Assembly (NCBI RefSeq): GCF_006345805.1
Contig: NC_043013.1
Coordinates: forward strand, 41,044,001 to 41,108,000
DNA from: Octopus sinensis
Lineage: Eukaryota
Length of the DNA: 64,000 nucleotides
Direction: 5' to 3'
The position numbers and the translations under genes are program-made. Shown piece after piece: positions 49,080 through 62,930 of this stretch. How positions within the stretch are numbered: position 1 is the stretch's first letter; every line of letters starts with the position of its first letter. The notes beneath the pieces are model-generated. The model was not told the origin of the DNA. It saw only the letters and a list, made by a program, of their open reading frames with translations, and ran no database searches.

Positions 49080-52000
49080 TACTATTTAAAATAAAACCTC
49101 TCTGGGTGCAGACAGCTTACTGAATAAAGCCTTGAAGGCTTTCATAAAGCATGGTTAAGTCACAGAGCAAAAGAACAACTGCATGGAGTGAATCTCCTCA
49201 AATGCCAACATTGCAAAATTTCTTAAGTGACAATCAAGCCATGACATTCACCTTAAAGTTTCATTTACTCAACTATCTCCACTTAGGGAGGCATGTAGTT
49301 CTAGTTTGTGCAATTTATTTTTGAAAGAGGTATAAATGCAAGATGCAAATTTGGTGTCTTTTCAGTTAAGACTGAAACTGTCCCCAAATATAAGGGGGCC
49401 AAATTGAATTATTGTAGACGATAGAAAATCTTCACACATTAATCCATAGAGGGGAGAAGCTATATCATGTAAATTAATGATACACAACATTCACACAAAA
49501 ATTCCCAAGAAAAAAAAAAAAGGGAGAAAAATGGGTATCATTGATTTCTGTGATAAATATGGTTTTAATCTCAATGTAGCAAAGCTTAAACTCATCTGAG
49601 TGATGTGATAAAATATTTGACAAAATAACTATGAAATGAGACAGTCAGAAAGAAGTCATTCGTTTTAAACGGTGTGACAAGACTGGTTGTGCGTGACATG
49701 TATGCCTTTTACTCTCAAAGGTTAATTACTTTCTGGAGTGGAACAAACCTTCAAGTTATCTTTGGATTTTAGAAAATAGAATGGAATTTTTTTTTTGAAG
49801 ATTTGTGCACTGATGAAGTTTTTCATGATAATTTTGAAAACTAAACATTTGAGAAATTAAAAATAAAGTGATGATACTTTAGTTACTAAAAATGGTTCAC
49901 CTTGGCTTTGTATGCTACAACATAATGACATTTACTTTTCATGAACGAATTGCCCAGCTCCTATGTACTCACATGACTTGCTAGGAATAACCTAAATGTC
50001 TCTCAAATTACACCTTACAGCTTTTAAAAGGAAAATCCCATTGGACAATGTAGTCTTAGATAAAGGTAAAGATAAATAGGGTTGTGAAGATTAGATCACA
50101 AGTTACTGAAGACCAACCGGTTAGAGGCCCAATTACTGAGCTTTCAAGTCCATCTTTCAATCCAGAATGGCTAACCTTGAATAACTTAAAATATTGTGAT
50201 AACTGAAGCCCACCAAGGTTTTTTTTTTTTATATTTGGAATTATTTGTTGATTAAGTTATTGCAATTTTTCAGAGTTCCTTTTACAGATTCTTATCTCTC
50301 CAATGCTTTGATAACCTAATCTTCTAAAAACTAACGACTGGTTAATGTCAGACTCCCCAAAGACCCATGATCAGGCAGCTTTGCCCAAACAGTTTGCGGG
50401 CCTAAGTTTGCACAAGTGTTCCTCTATCTCTTCCCTCCATCCATGCTTGCTCCCCTTTAGTAGACAACATCCTCTCCAACATGGACGAATTCCAACAGGG
50501 AGATGGATGAAGCTCTGCTACAGTCGAGAGAGCTAAATTTGTCAGTTCCGGTTCAAGATACAGGGGCAGAGATTATGGGACAATCTGCATTCAGGTGCCA
50601 CTTTCAACTCTCCTTGATCAATCCAATCATTTTTCAAAGTGTAACCTTTCTGCTAGTGCAAAATTCTAAGGGGATTGGACTGAAGCCCTGCCTATTGCCA
50701 ACATTGGAGGTCCACTCAGTCTTGATGAGTTCCGCATCTCCATTGCACTGAATGGGAGCTGATGTCTGTAGGGGACAGATGTTGCTGTAATAGGACCCTT
50801 AATCTTGCAACCTAAATGCTAGTCACGCTGAGCTAAACTTAATCATTAAGCTCTATTTTAATGACTGATAACTTATTCTGTATAGGAAATTCATTTCCTA
50901 TTTTCTTTTATAACTTGCTCAGATTGAGCACTTCATACAGAACAAATGGAAAGGCAAATCCTTGGCTTGTCAATAAAAAACATCCCAATTCCATCTAAGA
51001 ATGGCTACACGGTATTATTGCAAAGGATCAGTGAGTTTATTAAAAGGATGAGATGAAGAGCATTCTATTATGACCTGAAAAGGAAGAATGTAGAGAAGAA
51101 TGATGGACTGGATAATTACAATTTGAAATTGTACTGAAACCCTCCCCATAATCCTGCATTAAACTTTGAAAAGGATCAAATCAACACAAAGAAACTGAAA
51201 TTTAATTTGTAAAAACCAAACTATTCAAAAAAGAATTAGACATTATTTCTAAAACTCCCAACCTTCATGCACTATTGGATAAAATGGGAAACTTACTAAT
51301 GGACTCCTAGAACTTTGTCCTGAAAAGAGATCAGCTCTAAATATAAAAGAGAAACTGATAGTAAATTGAATATAAAAACCCCCCCCCAAAAAAAACCAAA
51401 AAAAACATGCTTTAATTAAAGAACCTTGCCTGTTAAAAAAGGTCAGGTCTGAGAAAAACAGTTTAGAAATGTGAAATACCTCAAAAGACCAAGAAAATCT
51501 CAATAGAGTACAATAGATATAGTAGGCATAAAAATTCTTTTACAAACCCAAGCACAAAAAATTCAACAGCACTAGCCAGAGAGATAAAAGTGCAAAATAA
51601 TTTAAACTATAATGGTTAATAATTACTCAAATAACACACTAGAATAAGTAGATTATGCACTGAAAAATCGATAAATATACTTCATATGAGTAGAAGATTT
51701 CAGATGCTCTAAAATTTTGTAAACAGTTATTTTCCTCTTTCTCAAAATATAGCCAACCTATGTTAATAATCGAAACCTAAATTCTGCCCTTTTATCCCCA
51801 ATCTATTTTGGAATAGCTGTAAATGAATCATTGTGTAAGATTTGTTGTTTATTAAACCTCATTTTAAAATATGAACAAATTTTTATCACAACATGGAATA
51901 TATGGTCCAAGTATGAAGTTTTTCTATATATCAAATAATTTTAAACTTTTCCCTGATAAAGGAAATGTATATACTCGAGATGGGTACAAATTCTTCACCG

Positions 52001-52477
52001 ATTCTGAAATAGCTTTCCTGAAACAGCCATAGGATATATTCGAATCCAATCTATGGACTTAGATATTACCTTTCCTAGCTACCCATTCATATTTTAATAT
52101 TTACGATTTTGCAATGCATTGACTGATTTAATATCTGAATTGTTTTTCAGAACGGATTCAGATGATCTCGTATGAATATTTTGTATATTGTTACATATTT
52201 TTATAAATTTTAATATCTATATATTATATTGTATATTTCGTGTGCGGGTTGTGTCTTTCGAGAAATATATTGAGGAAAATGGGTTTTGATTAATATCTCG
52301 AAAGGTGCCTTTTCATTGAAAAAGATTACGTTATATTCTTTTAGCTCTAATGAGCACTAACAAAAGTTTTGCTCTGTATAGAAAATTTCCCATTTTCTAT
52401 TATTTACATTATATATATATATGTGTGTATACCCCCCACCCTTATACCTCCGATATATACATATATCACCATCCGAA

Positions 52478-52686
52478 TGTGGTCGATGCCAGCCCCCTCT
52501 GGTCCCTGTGCCAGTGGAATGCAAAAAACACCCACTACACTCACGGAGAGGTTGGCGTGAGGAAGGGCATCCGGCTGTAGAAGCACTGCCAGATCAAACT
52601 GGAGCCTGGTGCAGCCGCCTGGCTTCCAAAACCCCAGTCGAACTGTCCCACCCAAGTTATCATGGAAAACGGACGTTAAACGAAGA
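52478..52686 (+). mobile_element. SINE/RTE-type 3' half
   Basis: cacggagaggttggcgtgaggaagggcatccggctgtagaa..gaactgtcccaccca..catggaaaacggacgttaaacga. A decayed reverse copy lies at about 22.0 kb. Confidence 0.7.
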
Positions 52687-52699
52687 CACCCTTATACCT

Positions 52700-52702
52700 C
52701 AC

Positions 52703-52741
<39 letters not shown>

Positions 52742-53385
52742 TGTCCATTCTCATATACACACCTTATCTTTGTGTGAATACACATACCTTGTCCATTCCC
52801 ATATTTATATCCCCTTATCTATATACACACACACACACACACACACCTTATCTATCCCTATATATACCTTATCTGTGTGTGTATGTGTATATATATATAC
52901 ACCTTATCTATCCCTATATATACCTTATCTGTGTGTGTATGTGTATATATATATACACCTTATCTATCCCTATATATACCTTATCTGTGTGTGTATGTGT
53001 ATATATATATACACCTTATCTATCCCTATATATACCTTATCTGTGTGTGTATGTGTATATATATATACACCTTATCTATCCCTATATATACCTTCTGTGT
53101 GTGTATGTGTATATATATATACACCTTATCTATTCCTATATATACCTTATCTGTGTGTGTGTATGTATATACACACCTCCCTATATATACCTTATATATA
53201 TATATATATATACATATACCTTATATATATATATATATACATATACCTTATATATATATATATACATATACATACCTTATATATATATATATACATATAC
53301 CTTATATATATATATATACATATACATACCTTATATATATATATATATACATATACCTTATATATATATATATATACATATACCT

Positions 53386-53423
<38 letters not shown>

Positions 53424-53432
53424 CATATACCT

Positions 53433-53480
<48 letters not shown>

Positions 53481-53610
53481 TATACAGACCTTATCTATCC
53501 CTATATATATATATATATATATATATAGCTTATCTATCCCTATATATAAATATGTAGGAATGTATATATATGTTTACATGCATGTATTTATGTATACATG
53601 CATACATACA
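52700..53610. repeat. Compound microsatellite: (CA)n, ~55-bp composite units, then (TA)n-rich units
   Basis: Units accttatctatccctatatataccttatctgtgtgtgtatgtgtatatatatatac (about 5-6 copies, 52845-53170) grade into tacatataccttatatatatatata units. This explains the Y/I ORFs. Confidence 0.97.
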
Positions 53611-54599
53611 CCTTATATCCATGTATATTTTAACTTGCAACTGCTTCGATGGGCATTAAGAGTTACAGGAAATTCCTAACTTATGAAAGAAAAATATTCC
53701 GTTAGACAACAGCAGACATCTGTCACTAATGGTGATAACAGGACACTATCGATAAATGGGAAATATAACAATACCTAGGACTTGCATTAACTGAATGACG
53801 TTTAAAAAACAGTTGTAGTGGTGGGACTAAAACTTTAGCATTATTTATAAATTAAAAGATTAATTCTCCTCGTGGGTAAAAACAAACACCGAGATGGAAG
53901 CTGTGGAACATTAATCGCCAAAGAAAAGTTCAATAGCTTAATTTTAATTTTGTAAATAGCTTAGAGTATAAACGCAATATCTGCGATACTAAGATTTCCG
54001 AATTTGGGGCTAAATGTTAACGAATGAAGTCGACTAAAAAAAGGCTTCACCCACAAGCCACAGGTGGTTGGTGGTGGTTTAAAATTGGGGACGCATGATT
54101 TAATGGTATTTATTTAGCGGTTCACAGAACAAACGCATACAAATACACACAATTCAGATAATTAAAGTTGTAATTTGTCGGAGTTAGGAAATTCAATATG
54201 TAGGAAGGTGGGTGAGAACGTTATTACGGTGGTTGTTTATGTTCCTATAACAGAGAAAATGGTTGTCTTAGACTGCAAGGAAAGTGCTGTCCATTAGTAT
54301 TAATATGTAATTAGAAAATGAATACACAATATATCATAGCTGTCGAGACAAAGGAACCTCGAACAGTCGCTAGAAACTGGAGTTAAATTTCCAATTCCTT
54401 TCACGCGAAATGAAAAAAAAATTCGGTGTTTTAAATATACCTTCGAAAAAGAATACCTTTACTCAGACAACTGACCTAGGGTTAAACAGTGTCAAGCGAA
54501 TGACTAACTTCACAAAAAGTTATAAGAAAAAACACTCGTTTGTAAGACAAGTTAAATAAAATATATACACAGACATGCATGTATGTATGTATAATGTCT

Positions 54600-54960
54600 C
54601 ACCTGCATATGTAGCTGTAGTGGTTTAATAGGCAAGCTGCTATTCACACGTGTTTGTCAGTCAGCAAAATACAGCCATAGTCTCGAGGGAGACCAGACAA
54701 CAATGATAGTTATATATATTAACGGCAGTCTTGCAGCCGCTTCTTAACGACGACTCGGCTTACCTCCACAAGTTTCACTGCTGTTAATGAACAAGTCCCG
54801 TTAGTATAGGTGCTTCTGAAGTGTTGTGTGACCTTGGTGGTTGGCCGGGTGGTGGCCGTTTGAAATGCAGGAGGTAATTCAGAGTGGTGAAAGCGCTGAC
54901 AGTGGTGGCGAGGGCGGTCAGCTGTGTTGGCTTATATTGTTTTTACTTGAGTCATTCACG
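54600..54960 (-). promoter_or_regulatory. Candidate first exon/promoter of a minus-strand transcript
   Basis: GC/CG-rich island. Minus-strand donor GAG|GTAAGC (plus gcttacctc, about 54758-54766). It sits at the transition from CG-poor to CG-rich DNA. Confidence 0.3.
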
Positions 54961-56779
54961 ATAGAAATTGTCACAGATTTAAACCAGTTAACGAAAACAG
55001 GTGAAGACGAAGATGAGTGATGGAAGGTATAAAGTAGTCTAGTTAGATAAGGAAGCTATGACAAAGTCGTGAGTTGAAGATCTAAAAGTACTGAAATATT
55101 TTTAAATAATGAAAACAAATGTGAAAATACTAAGAAAGTGTGAAAAAGAAAGGACGAAATGAGTTCGGTAGGCATAGGTTTCCGTAGAAACGGACGACAT
55201 TTGTCATTGTCTGCTGTGTTAAAAGGAATGCAGACGACAGACGTATGTTGTGACGGGATTTTCATTGTTCACTTAAAAAAAAAAAAAAAAGAAATTGAAT
55301 AAACATTTCACTGAAAATAGCAACGAACTATTGCTTTAATATTTCCCTATCCCCGGTTTGCAACTACCCGGTAAGTGTTCCCTTCCCTTACGAGGAAGGA
55401 GCAAATAAGAATGTAAAAGTTTTAAGCGATCACGTTTGTATTATTTAACTCCCGGTCTGTTCAGGTGTTTGTTGATAAGAAACCATGACAACTAATCAAT
55501 ATCAGTAAACATGTTATGCGTCAGCTAGACACTATCCACCGAGCCTACAATGTTGATAAGTTTCGGTCACCTGAGCACTAAAATCGAACTTGTTAGATAT
55601 ATCGGAAATGAAGTGGTTCATTACTTTAAGGGTCTGTGTCGCAGGCCCAAATGAGCTTAGCATCTATCGTTCATAGAATCTGTACCGGCATATGTGAGAG
55701 ACTGATACGTAGCGGACTTAAGCAAAACTTCAGAGACTGCCATGATAATATGCAAGGCTCTTTACTCGACAGAAACTTAACTTTGAAGCAAGCCTAAACC
55801 AAAAAATTCCTTTATTCCTGGAACCTGTAGGATTCCTTAAAAAAGCCCGATATGAATACTTTGCTTCTGGGATAGAAATAGGTATCGTTTAGAGGGCTAC
55901 AGCAAGTGATTCTTCACATTCTAAATGCTGCGGTGAAGCTGGCTACAGCATCCGTGACAGAAATATCGCCAATTGACAGCATTTCTCAAGTCACGGAATT
56001 TGAGACGTTCGTAAGGGTTGATCCCTTACCGTGATTTTAATTTCTTCGGCGTTTCCCCTGAGCGAAATGTCAAATCAGAAATGCAAAGACGCATGAGGGG
56101 TACTCCGGCGTCCTTACGACTGTTTGAGGTAATGCTCAGAGTGTCGGATTCGAAATAAGATTCTTAAATACCCTATATGCTGGTGCATAATATACGACTG
56201 TGTGTACAAGACGGCCACCAAGATTTCCATTTAAAAAGTGGGTTTTGAGCTATATTTGTATAAGACAACCCCAAATTTTCGTGGAAAATAGCTCGAGCTC
56301 CGAAGACACGGGGTGTTATGTGTAGTTTCGTTCTCGATGGATGATAGACAACTCAAATGAAGGCATTGTTATTGTTTTACGTGTTGATTTGCTTTACATG
56401 TTACACGAACTATCAACATTCAGTGTAGTATTACATATATACTTTAGACAGTTCGTACTGTTTACTAACAAAATAGTGCCAAAAGTGGGGATGTATTCTA
56501 CACACGTATACCTACGTATACACATAGATATGAATATGTAACACGGGGTTTCCTAGCTAAAAGGCTTGGGTAACCTGTAGCTTCCCCATCGACCCCTGAA
56601 GCCTCCACATTTGTGTTTCAATAGCATTTTACCTATGCTTCAATCAGTAAACTTTGCATGCAACAATTCTGCATTGTTTGTTTAAAACTTCTCCAGTTCT
56701 TTAAAATAATTTATTAACAAAAAAGCCAAATATTGTAAATTACCTACTATAATATACATCAAACGTGCCTGACTGGTAT

Positions 56780-57310
56780 AAACACTACCATAGTGACGTC
56801 ACTGTTCCTGCAAAATAACCGACGACTGACCTGGTGTCAAATATACCATAACATGAAATGGATTTAGAGATTTACTTTCAGTATTTATAGTATATTGTAA
56901 TGTATTAGAAATGTTATGAAGTATGCTGCAAGTACTTTAATTTGTAAATTTTGTCTTCCTTCATGAGACTGTAGCGATGTCAGTATGTGACGACCTACAA
57001 TTTTACACTTGCATGCGAGAAAGAGGGGTCGCCATCTTGTTCGTAAAACAAGAAAAATAAGAACTTGTCAGACGTTCATAAGTCATAGCGTTTATTACTG
57101 GATGTAATACGTTAACATAAGAGTGATTTGTAAGAAACGGCTTGTAACATTACATGAACATACTTTGCAACCACGTCTCAAAGCGAATGAGACGAATATG
57201 CGCGCGTGCGAATGTGTGCAAGTGGCGTGGCTCAATACGTGTGCCTAGGAACCGACAGGCAAAAGGCGCGCGAAATCACCGACGAACAGGCTTGTGAACG
57301 AAGTCCTTAA
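56780..57310. promoter_or_regulatory. Candidate promoter-like CG-rich segment
   Basis: TGACGTCA (CRE-type) at about 56794, CGCCATCTT (YY1-type) at about 57030, and gcgcgcg runs at about 57200 and 57267. Confidence 0.25.
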
Positions 57311-57379
57311 GAGGAACCCTCAAGGTCAACTACAGATTAGATGTTCCAAGATGAACTGGCACCAGACAATCAATAGGAA

Positions 57380-59240
57380 CCTTAGTGATCCTTACATGGA
57401 TTCTACTTAAATTCTCATGATCCACTTTGCCCAATAAAATGGAAAGCAGAGAAAGAACGACCTCAAAATCCCACACCTGATGACTTTTCTAAAAGGCAAA
57501 GGGAATTTCAATTGGGTTTTGATCAACTCGAGCCGAAATGATTTCGGATAACATTTCAGACGGTGACTAGAGCACGCAGATAAATTCGTGGCACCATTTA
57601 CGCTACAGTATTACATCTGGTCAGTGTAGACCTTTTGTGAGCACGGTGGTAAGAAACGACCGAGAGCTGAACTGCAAAAACAATTCGTAGAAGAAACCCT
57701 GTTCAGGCATCTCGGCCCTTAACTTCTAAGGGGCTAGGCCGCATTCAGGTCATGACTCCTGGGTGTCCTGTTGATACTTTTAGCCACTTGGTAATCGGAG
57801 ACTTGTGTATTTTAATTGCCTAGAGATTTCGTATAGTTATAACTTCTCTCCGTTGACTCAGCTGATGACAGATACTGCTGGAGTAAATATTAAAAAAAGA
57901 CATCGGAAGCAAGAATATTCCCGTTCTGCCTCTATGCCTCATTGTCCTGCTGCAGAATCGAAACTGGATCGCTAAACAGCAGTTTAGTCACGGCTGACAA
58001 AACATCGAACTATCATGCCATTCGACCTTTTTGAAACTAACGAGGCTTATAAATTTGCGGTGCTAATTTCAGAATGTTGAAGCTGTTACAGTGATGACTC
58101 CATTTTTATTCACCAGCCGTGGGCAGATACAGAATGTCGAACAGCTTCAATAACTCCATATTCCTGTTTCCATTCTCCAGTCGAGAAGATTTGCCGTCAT
58201 GAATTTAGCACATTTCTCCAGGTGTGACAGCGTAGATACGGAGCTATAAGTATCGACTATTTTGTCAGACTACAGAGTTTGTTTCCCCACTGCGTGTATA
58301 TAATTGGTTACACTCTCCGTTGAAAAACTAACACAGAACATACGATGTGCAGTGGTAAAGTTTGTTAGTTGTTCATTTATACACAGCCAACAGCCTCTGT
58401 AGATGAACAACCTTCCATACGACAGTTTTAAACCAAATAGAACATCCGTAGATAGTTATGTAATCAGTTGATATCGAAGTTGACTTGGCTCAGGGCTTGT
58501 GGGTTCCAGAACAGCTGTACACTTTAAACGGTGACTATGTAGACCACACATTAATGACATCACATTGAAGACATTCAAACCTAGTCTGATTTTTACAAAG
58601 AGTACTTAAATTCTTGTGGGATTTTGAAATCGTTCTCTCTCTAACTTCCATTTTATTAGGCGAAATCAAGCACATCTGATGACATAAAAGACAATTGGTT
58701 TTTGATCAACTCTAGTCAATTACGAAATGATTTCAGATGACATTTCAGACGGTAACAAGATCACGCAGATAAATTCGTTGCACCATTGGAGTTACATCAC
58801 AACTGATCCGTATAGACATGAGTACTGTAAGAAACTAAAAAGATGAACATCAAAATGTCTCCATAGACGAAACCTCACTCAGGCAAGTGCTTCGGCTCTA
58901 AGGGGCCAGGCCGCATTCAGGTCATGACTCCTGGATCACCTAAAAGGGCAGGCCACATTCAGGTCATGACTCCTGGATCACCTAAGGGGCCAAGCCACAT
59001 TCAGGTCTTGACTCCTGGATCACCTAAGGGGCCAGGCCACATTCAGGTCATGACTCCTGGATCACCTAAGGGGCCAGGCCACATTCAGGTCATGAATCCT
59101 GGATCACTTAAGGGGCCAGGCCACATTCAGGTCATGAGTCCTGGAGGTCCTGACACTTAACCACTTGGTTATCGGAGACTTGTGCATTTAGGCCGCCTGG
59201 AGATTATGTTGATGAAAACCCTTTCCATTGACTCAGCTTT
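57380..59240. repeat. Diverged direct duplication (57380-57865 vs 58590-59240)
   Basis: Shared blocks ttttgatcaactc, gaaatgatttc, acatttcagacggt, cacgcagataaattcgt, ggccgcattcaggtcatgactcctgg, ccacttggt.atcggagacttgtg, ttgactcagct. Confidence 0.85.
58899..59145. repeat. 42-bp minisatellite, about 6 copies
   Basis: taaggggccaggccacattcaggtcatgactcctggatcacc at 58899, 58941, 58983, 59025, 59067 and 59109. Confidence 0.97.
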
Positions 59241-59989
59241 CAAAGAAAGCATTAACACGTTGGTTGCCATAGTAGCAGGGAAACGTCAACGCTATTACAA
59301 TGACCCTGTGTTATTTAGCATTAAAACAAATTCTGCCTTGAAACGGTCACACGTGTTGTCTTGTGACTTTCTACCATCTGACCTCAAGTAATTGGAAAAC
59401 TGTGCAGATTTAGGATTGACTACTGAACACCGGAATGACGATCGAGTGAAACATTTTTGTAGAATGTTGGACTGGCTTTTCTACCTAAAGACAAAGTGGC
59501 CAGTGGGATGGGTTATCTGATGGAAACTATAACCAATATTGAAAGACTGAAAGAGATTATTTCAGCAACTGCTACGAATTCGATACTTACCGTAACATCC
59601 AGCCACCAGCTCTTCCTTATGGCATGTAGTTATTTTTAGAGCCCATTTTCAGGCCTGACCACAACAGAATTTTTCGGGAGAGTGAGAGATCCTGTGTGGG
59701 AATTATACCTTATCGACATCGAAAAAGCAAGGTTGACTTCGGTGGGATTTGAACTCAGGGTGTAGATAACCAGAACGATTATCGCAAAGCAAACCAAACC
59801 AACGCTTTAACGACTGCCTCGTGGCCGCCCGTTATTGATATCACGTTATGATCAAGTAGGGACAAATGTTCGATAAATTATTGGATGATCGGTATTTAAG
59901 GATTGGAAACGGAAATACGAAAAACTGTTCAATAGTATACTTTATTCAAACAAAGATTAATAGAAACTCCCCCAGAATCTGATTCTGTC

Positions 59990-60300
59990 AGCAGATGGTC
60001 TTGCGCTAATGTTGAGCAGACATGCATCAAATAAATTCAAACAGTTGGACGGTTGTTATACAAGGATGCTTAGAATGGCGCCCAATACCTCCTGGAAGAG
60101 TCATACAGCTAACGCAGACTTATACCAGGGACAACAAAAAGTAACATTGAAGATACAGCATAGGAGGAGGCTAGCAGGACACTGCATCAGACATACCGAT
60201 GAAATTGCTAACAGGTTAGTGCTCTGGCAACCAACAGAAGAACCAGGAGAGTCAGACGACCTATATCGACAATAGGCTTTAGAGCAAGCAATGAGAGGCC
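59990..60300 (+). mobile_element. RTE-like LINE 3' remnant
   Basis: QLDGCYTRMLRMAPNTSWKSH..LY..KIQHRRRLAGHCIRHTDEIANRLVLWQPTE. Confidence 0.8.
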
Positions 60301-60470
60301 CTCTAGAGAACTAGACACCAAATCCTCGTCGCCAGATGAAACGTCTTTACTGGTAGGATCGGATTCACGTTAAAAAGTAATGACCTACTCGACTGCCACC
60401 CTGGGAATATAGTCCGTTGATGAAAGCATACCAAAATGGATGTTGCGTATAAATGTCCTAATTCTTATGT

Positions 60471-60698
60471 TTCTTTATTACCCACAAGGGGCTAAACATA
60501 GAGGGGACAAACAAGGACAGACAAACGAATTAAGTCGATTACATCGACCCCAGTGCGTAACTGGTACTTAATTTATCGACTCCGAAAGGATGAAAGGCAA
60601 AGTCAACCTCGGCGGAATTTGAACTCAGAACGTAACGGCAGACGAAATACGGCTACGGATTTTGCCCGGCGTGCTAACGGTTCTGCCAGCTCGCCGCC
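60471..60698 (-). mobile_element. Young SINE family B copy with a perfect 21-bp target-site duplication
   Basis: taaatgtcctaattcttatgt at 60450-60470 and 60699-60719 flanks a CpG-intact family B copy. Confidence 0.95.
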
Positions 60699-61349
60699 TA
60701 AATGTCCTAATTCTTATGTATCACAAAGAACCTCACGGTATGAAAGATTTCTCCAAGGACTCCAAGATAACCACTATTTTATCCTCCGCAAGTTCCTTTC
60801 ATGCGCTATTAACGTCCTGCAATGACATCTGTAACATTACATTTGCGGTTGTTGAGCTAAAAAGGCGTCGTTAAAACAACTATAGGACGAAGAGAAAATA
60901 GAATTGAGGAACTTATACGTGATGTGACGACTACGCAATGTAACCGACATACCCAGTACTTGGAACTAAATATTAGAGGAAAGTCAGGTGGTTACTAATC
61001 TGTTTAAATGAAAGAATTCAGAAACAATTTGAATTGGAAAAAATGTGTACATCAAGATATACTCAACTTAGAGAAAAGAATGCGCGATGAACTTGAAGCA
61101 CTAAGCACAAGTTTAATGATATCATCGAGAATCAAGATGGTGAAAATATAAAGCTGCGCCTTTAACATCCAGAATTACAATATCAGCAAATTGAAGCTAC
61201 AAGAATTCTAAGAATTAGATTAGAATTCACCGGAATAAAAATATATCTCACATTGCACAGTTTAAGACCTTACAACTATTACAACCAAATAAAATTTTAA
61301 GTTTTATGTAATCCATTATTTAACATTAATGAATCGAATTCAAGCCGTC

Positions 61350-61545
61350 AGTTTTTGTATATAAAATGCACGCAATGTGAGAAATAAAACTCGACGCATC
61401 AGAAAACATGAATTTGACGTTGATATTATAACCGTGAAAGAATCCTGGCTCAGAGCAAATGCCAATGTAAAAGTAGCTGAACTTAAGGCAAATAGCTACG
61501 AGATTAAAGATGGCAAGAAATTGATACAAGAGGTGGAATAGCAGC
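61350..61545 (+). mobile_element. APE endonuclease remnant of a CR1/L2-like LINE
   Basis: NARNVRNK..IRKHEFDVDIITVKESWLR..VAEL..SY..RGGIAA. Confidence 0.65.
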
Positions 61546-62619
61546 CAAACACGAAGCTAAGTCGAAGTTATAGGTTATTTAATATAGAATAAACAGAAGT
61601 ATTTCACCGTTCACTGACATGCCAACTGCATATTCAAAACTTAAAACTGCAGAAGAAATATTACCGCAAGTTTAAAGATACTTTAAAAAGATTAAAAAGA
61701 AATCACCCGGCATATTAAATCACAGCTATAGTATCAGTACTGATAAATATGATAAAAACAAAGTATTGCCTAAGACGTAGTGGTAAAGGAAAATTTCAAA
61801 GTATCTGAGGAAGAACCCATCTTGTCTGTGATGATATAAAGGAAAGGAAAAAACAAAGATGTCTTTTTTGTTCGCTAAACTTTTCTATGAACTATTAGCG
61901 TTCTACTTCAAATATAGCAAAGGAAAAAAGCAGGCGATCAATAAGCTTTCTAAAGCCATTAGAGATCTCATCAATTGAAGACAAACGTTTCCACTCCAAC
62001 ATGATTAAAAGCCTCTCGTAGGATCAGTGAAGGATGTCGAGCGTTGCGATGAATCGACAACAGCTACGATGCAGGTCGTGCTGGTTGCTTGTACTATTCA
62101 CGAATCACCTGGTTTAAACTGTCTACCCTTAGGAGCTATTTGTATACGTGCCAGATTTATTTGCCGGTGTCTTGGTAGATGTCCACTGCAACTAGCAGCA
62201 GAACAGATGCACCCTCAAGTTCTTTCAACTGAGTAATAGCGTTGCTAAGAAAGGACTAAGGTAGCGAATACATTTGTCGTTCTTATTACTCTCTAACCAT
62301 CGTCTGGAACAGGTTGAAATGTGTGCTTTTGTGGAAAGGACGCGTTCCACATGTCGGGTAGCCCCATTTGTCAAAATGAAACGGCTGGGTATGCCGGGAC
62401 TGTGAATGTGCCGAATTTCTTAAACTGAGCAGGTGAGGGTGTCTTTGCGATCACGCCTTTCCGCTTCTCATTTTCTTCAGAGCTGAAGTTCTAGATCAAG
62501 CAAATACCAAAACCGAGTGGCTGGCATCTGGAATGTTGCCAGGCTCTCACAGCACCCTTCCAGTCTGGTTATGCGATCGGCAGAACTAGCGTGTCAACGT
62601 TATGTGAAAGAATAGCGAT

Positions 62620-62930
62620 GAAGGATGACGACTATCTCGGGAAAACTATTGGCGCCGACGAATAAACTGATAGACCTATACCAGAAAACATAGAAATACT
62701 AGTTCCAGAAATCTCTGGTTTAGCCCATTGATACCGAGAGGAGTAGGGACAATCCCCGTTCGAGGTAAATAAAAGCATGGGAGTGCTATCAGCGACGTCT
62801 GTGCGAGATGCAAGGAGTAACGTATCTTACGCCACCCAAGATACAAACTTTGTGAGTTTTGTCTAACAGATGGGTCCGTCCTATTCGTGACAACAGCTAT
62901 CGTTTAAAATGTCTTCCTACACGCCGTTTA
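62620..62930 (+). mobile_element. L1/Tx1-like ORF2 C-terminal zinc-finger remnant
   Basis: FQKSL and IPVRGK*KHGSAISDVCARC resemble the C-terminal CCHC region of L1/Tx1 ORF2. Degenerate. Confidence 0.45.

Noticed and set aside
50330-50780. GC-richer, coding-looking segment
   Set aside because: All frames on both strands are interrupted and no confident motif was recognised; probably an old repeat remnant.
52609-53679. 226-356 aa Tyr/Ile-rich ORFs
   Set aside because: Translations of (TA)n/(CA)n microsatellite.
55500-56200. Possible LTR gag remnant (SLLDRNLTLKQA)
   Set aside because: A single weak motif with no supporting pol or LTR nearby.
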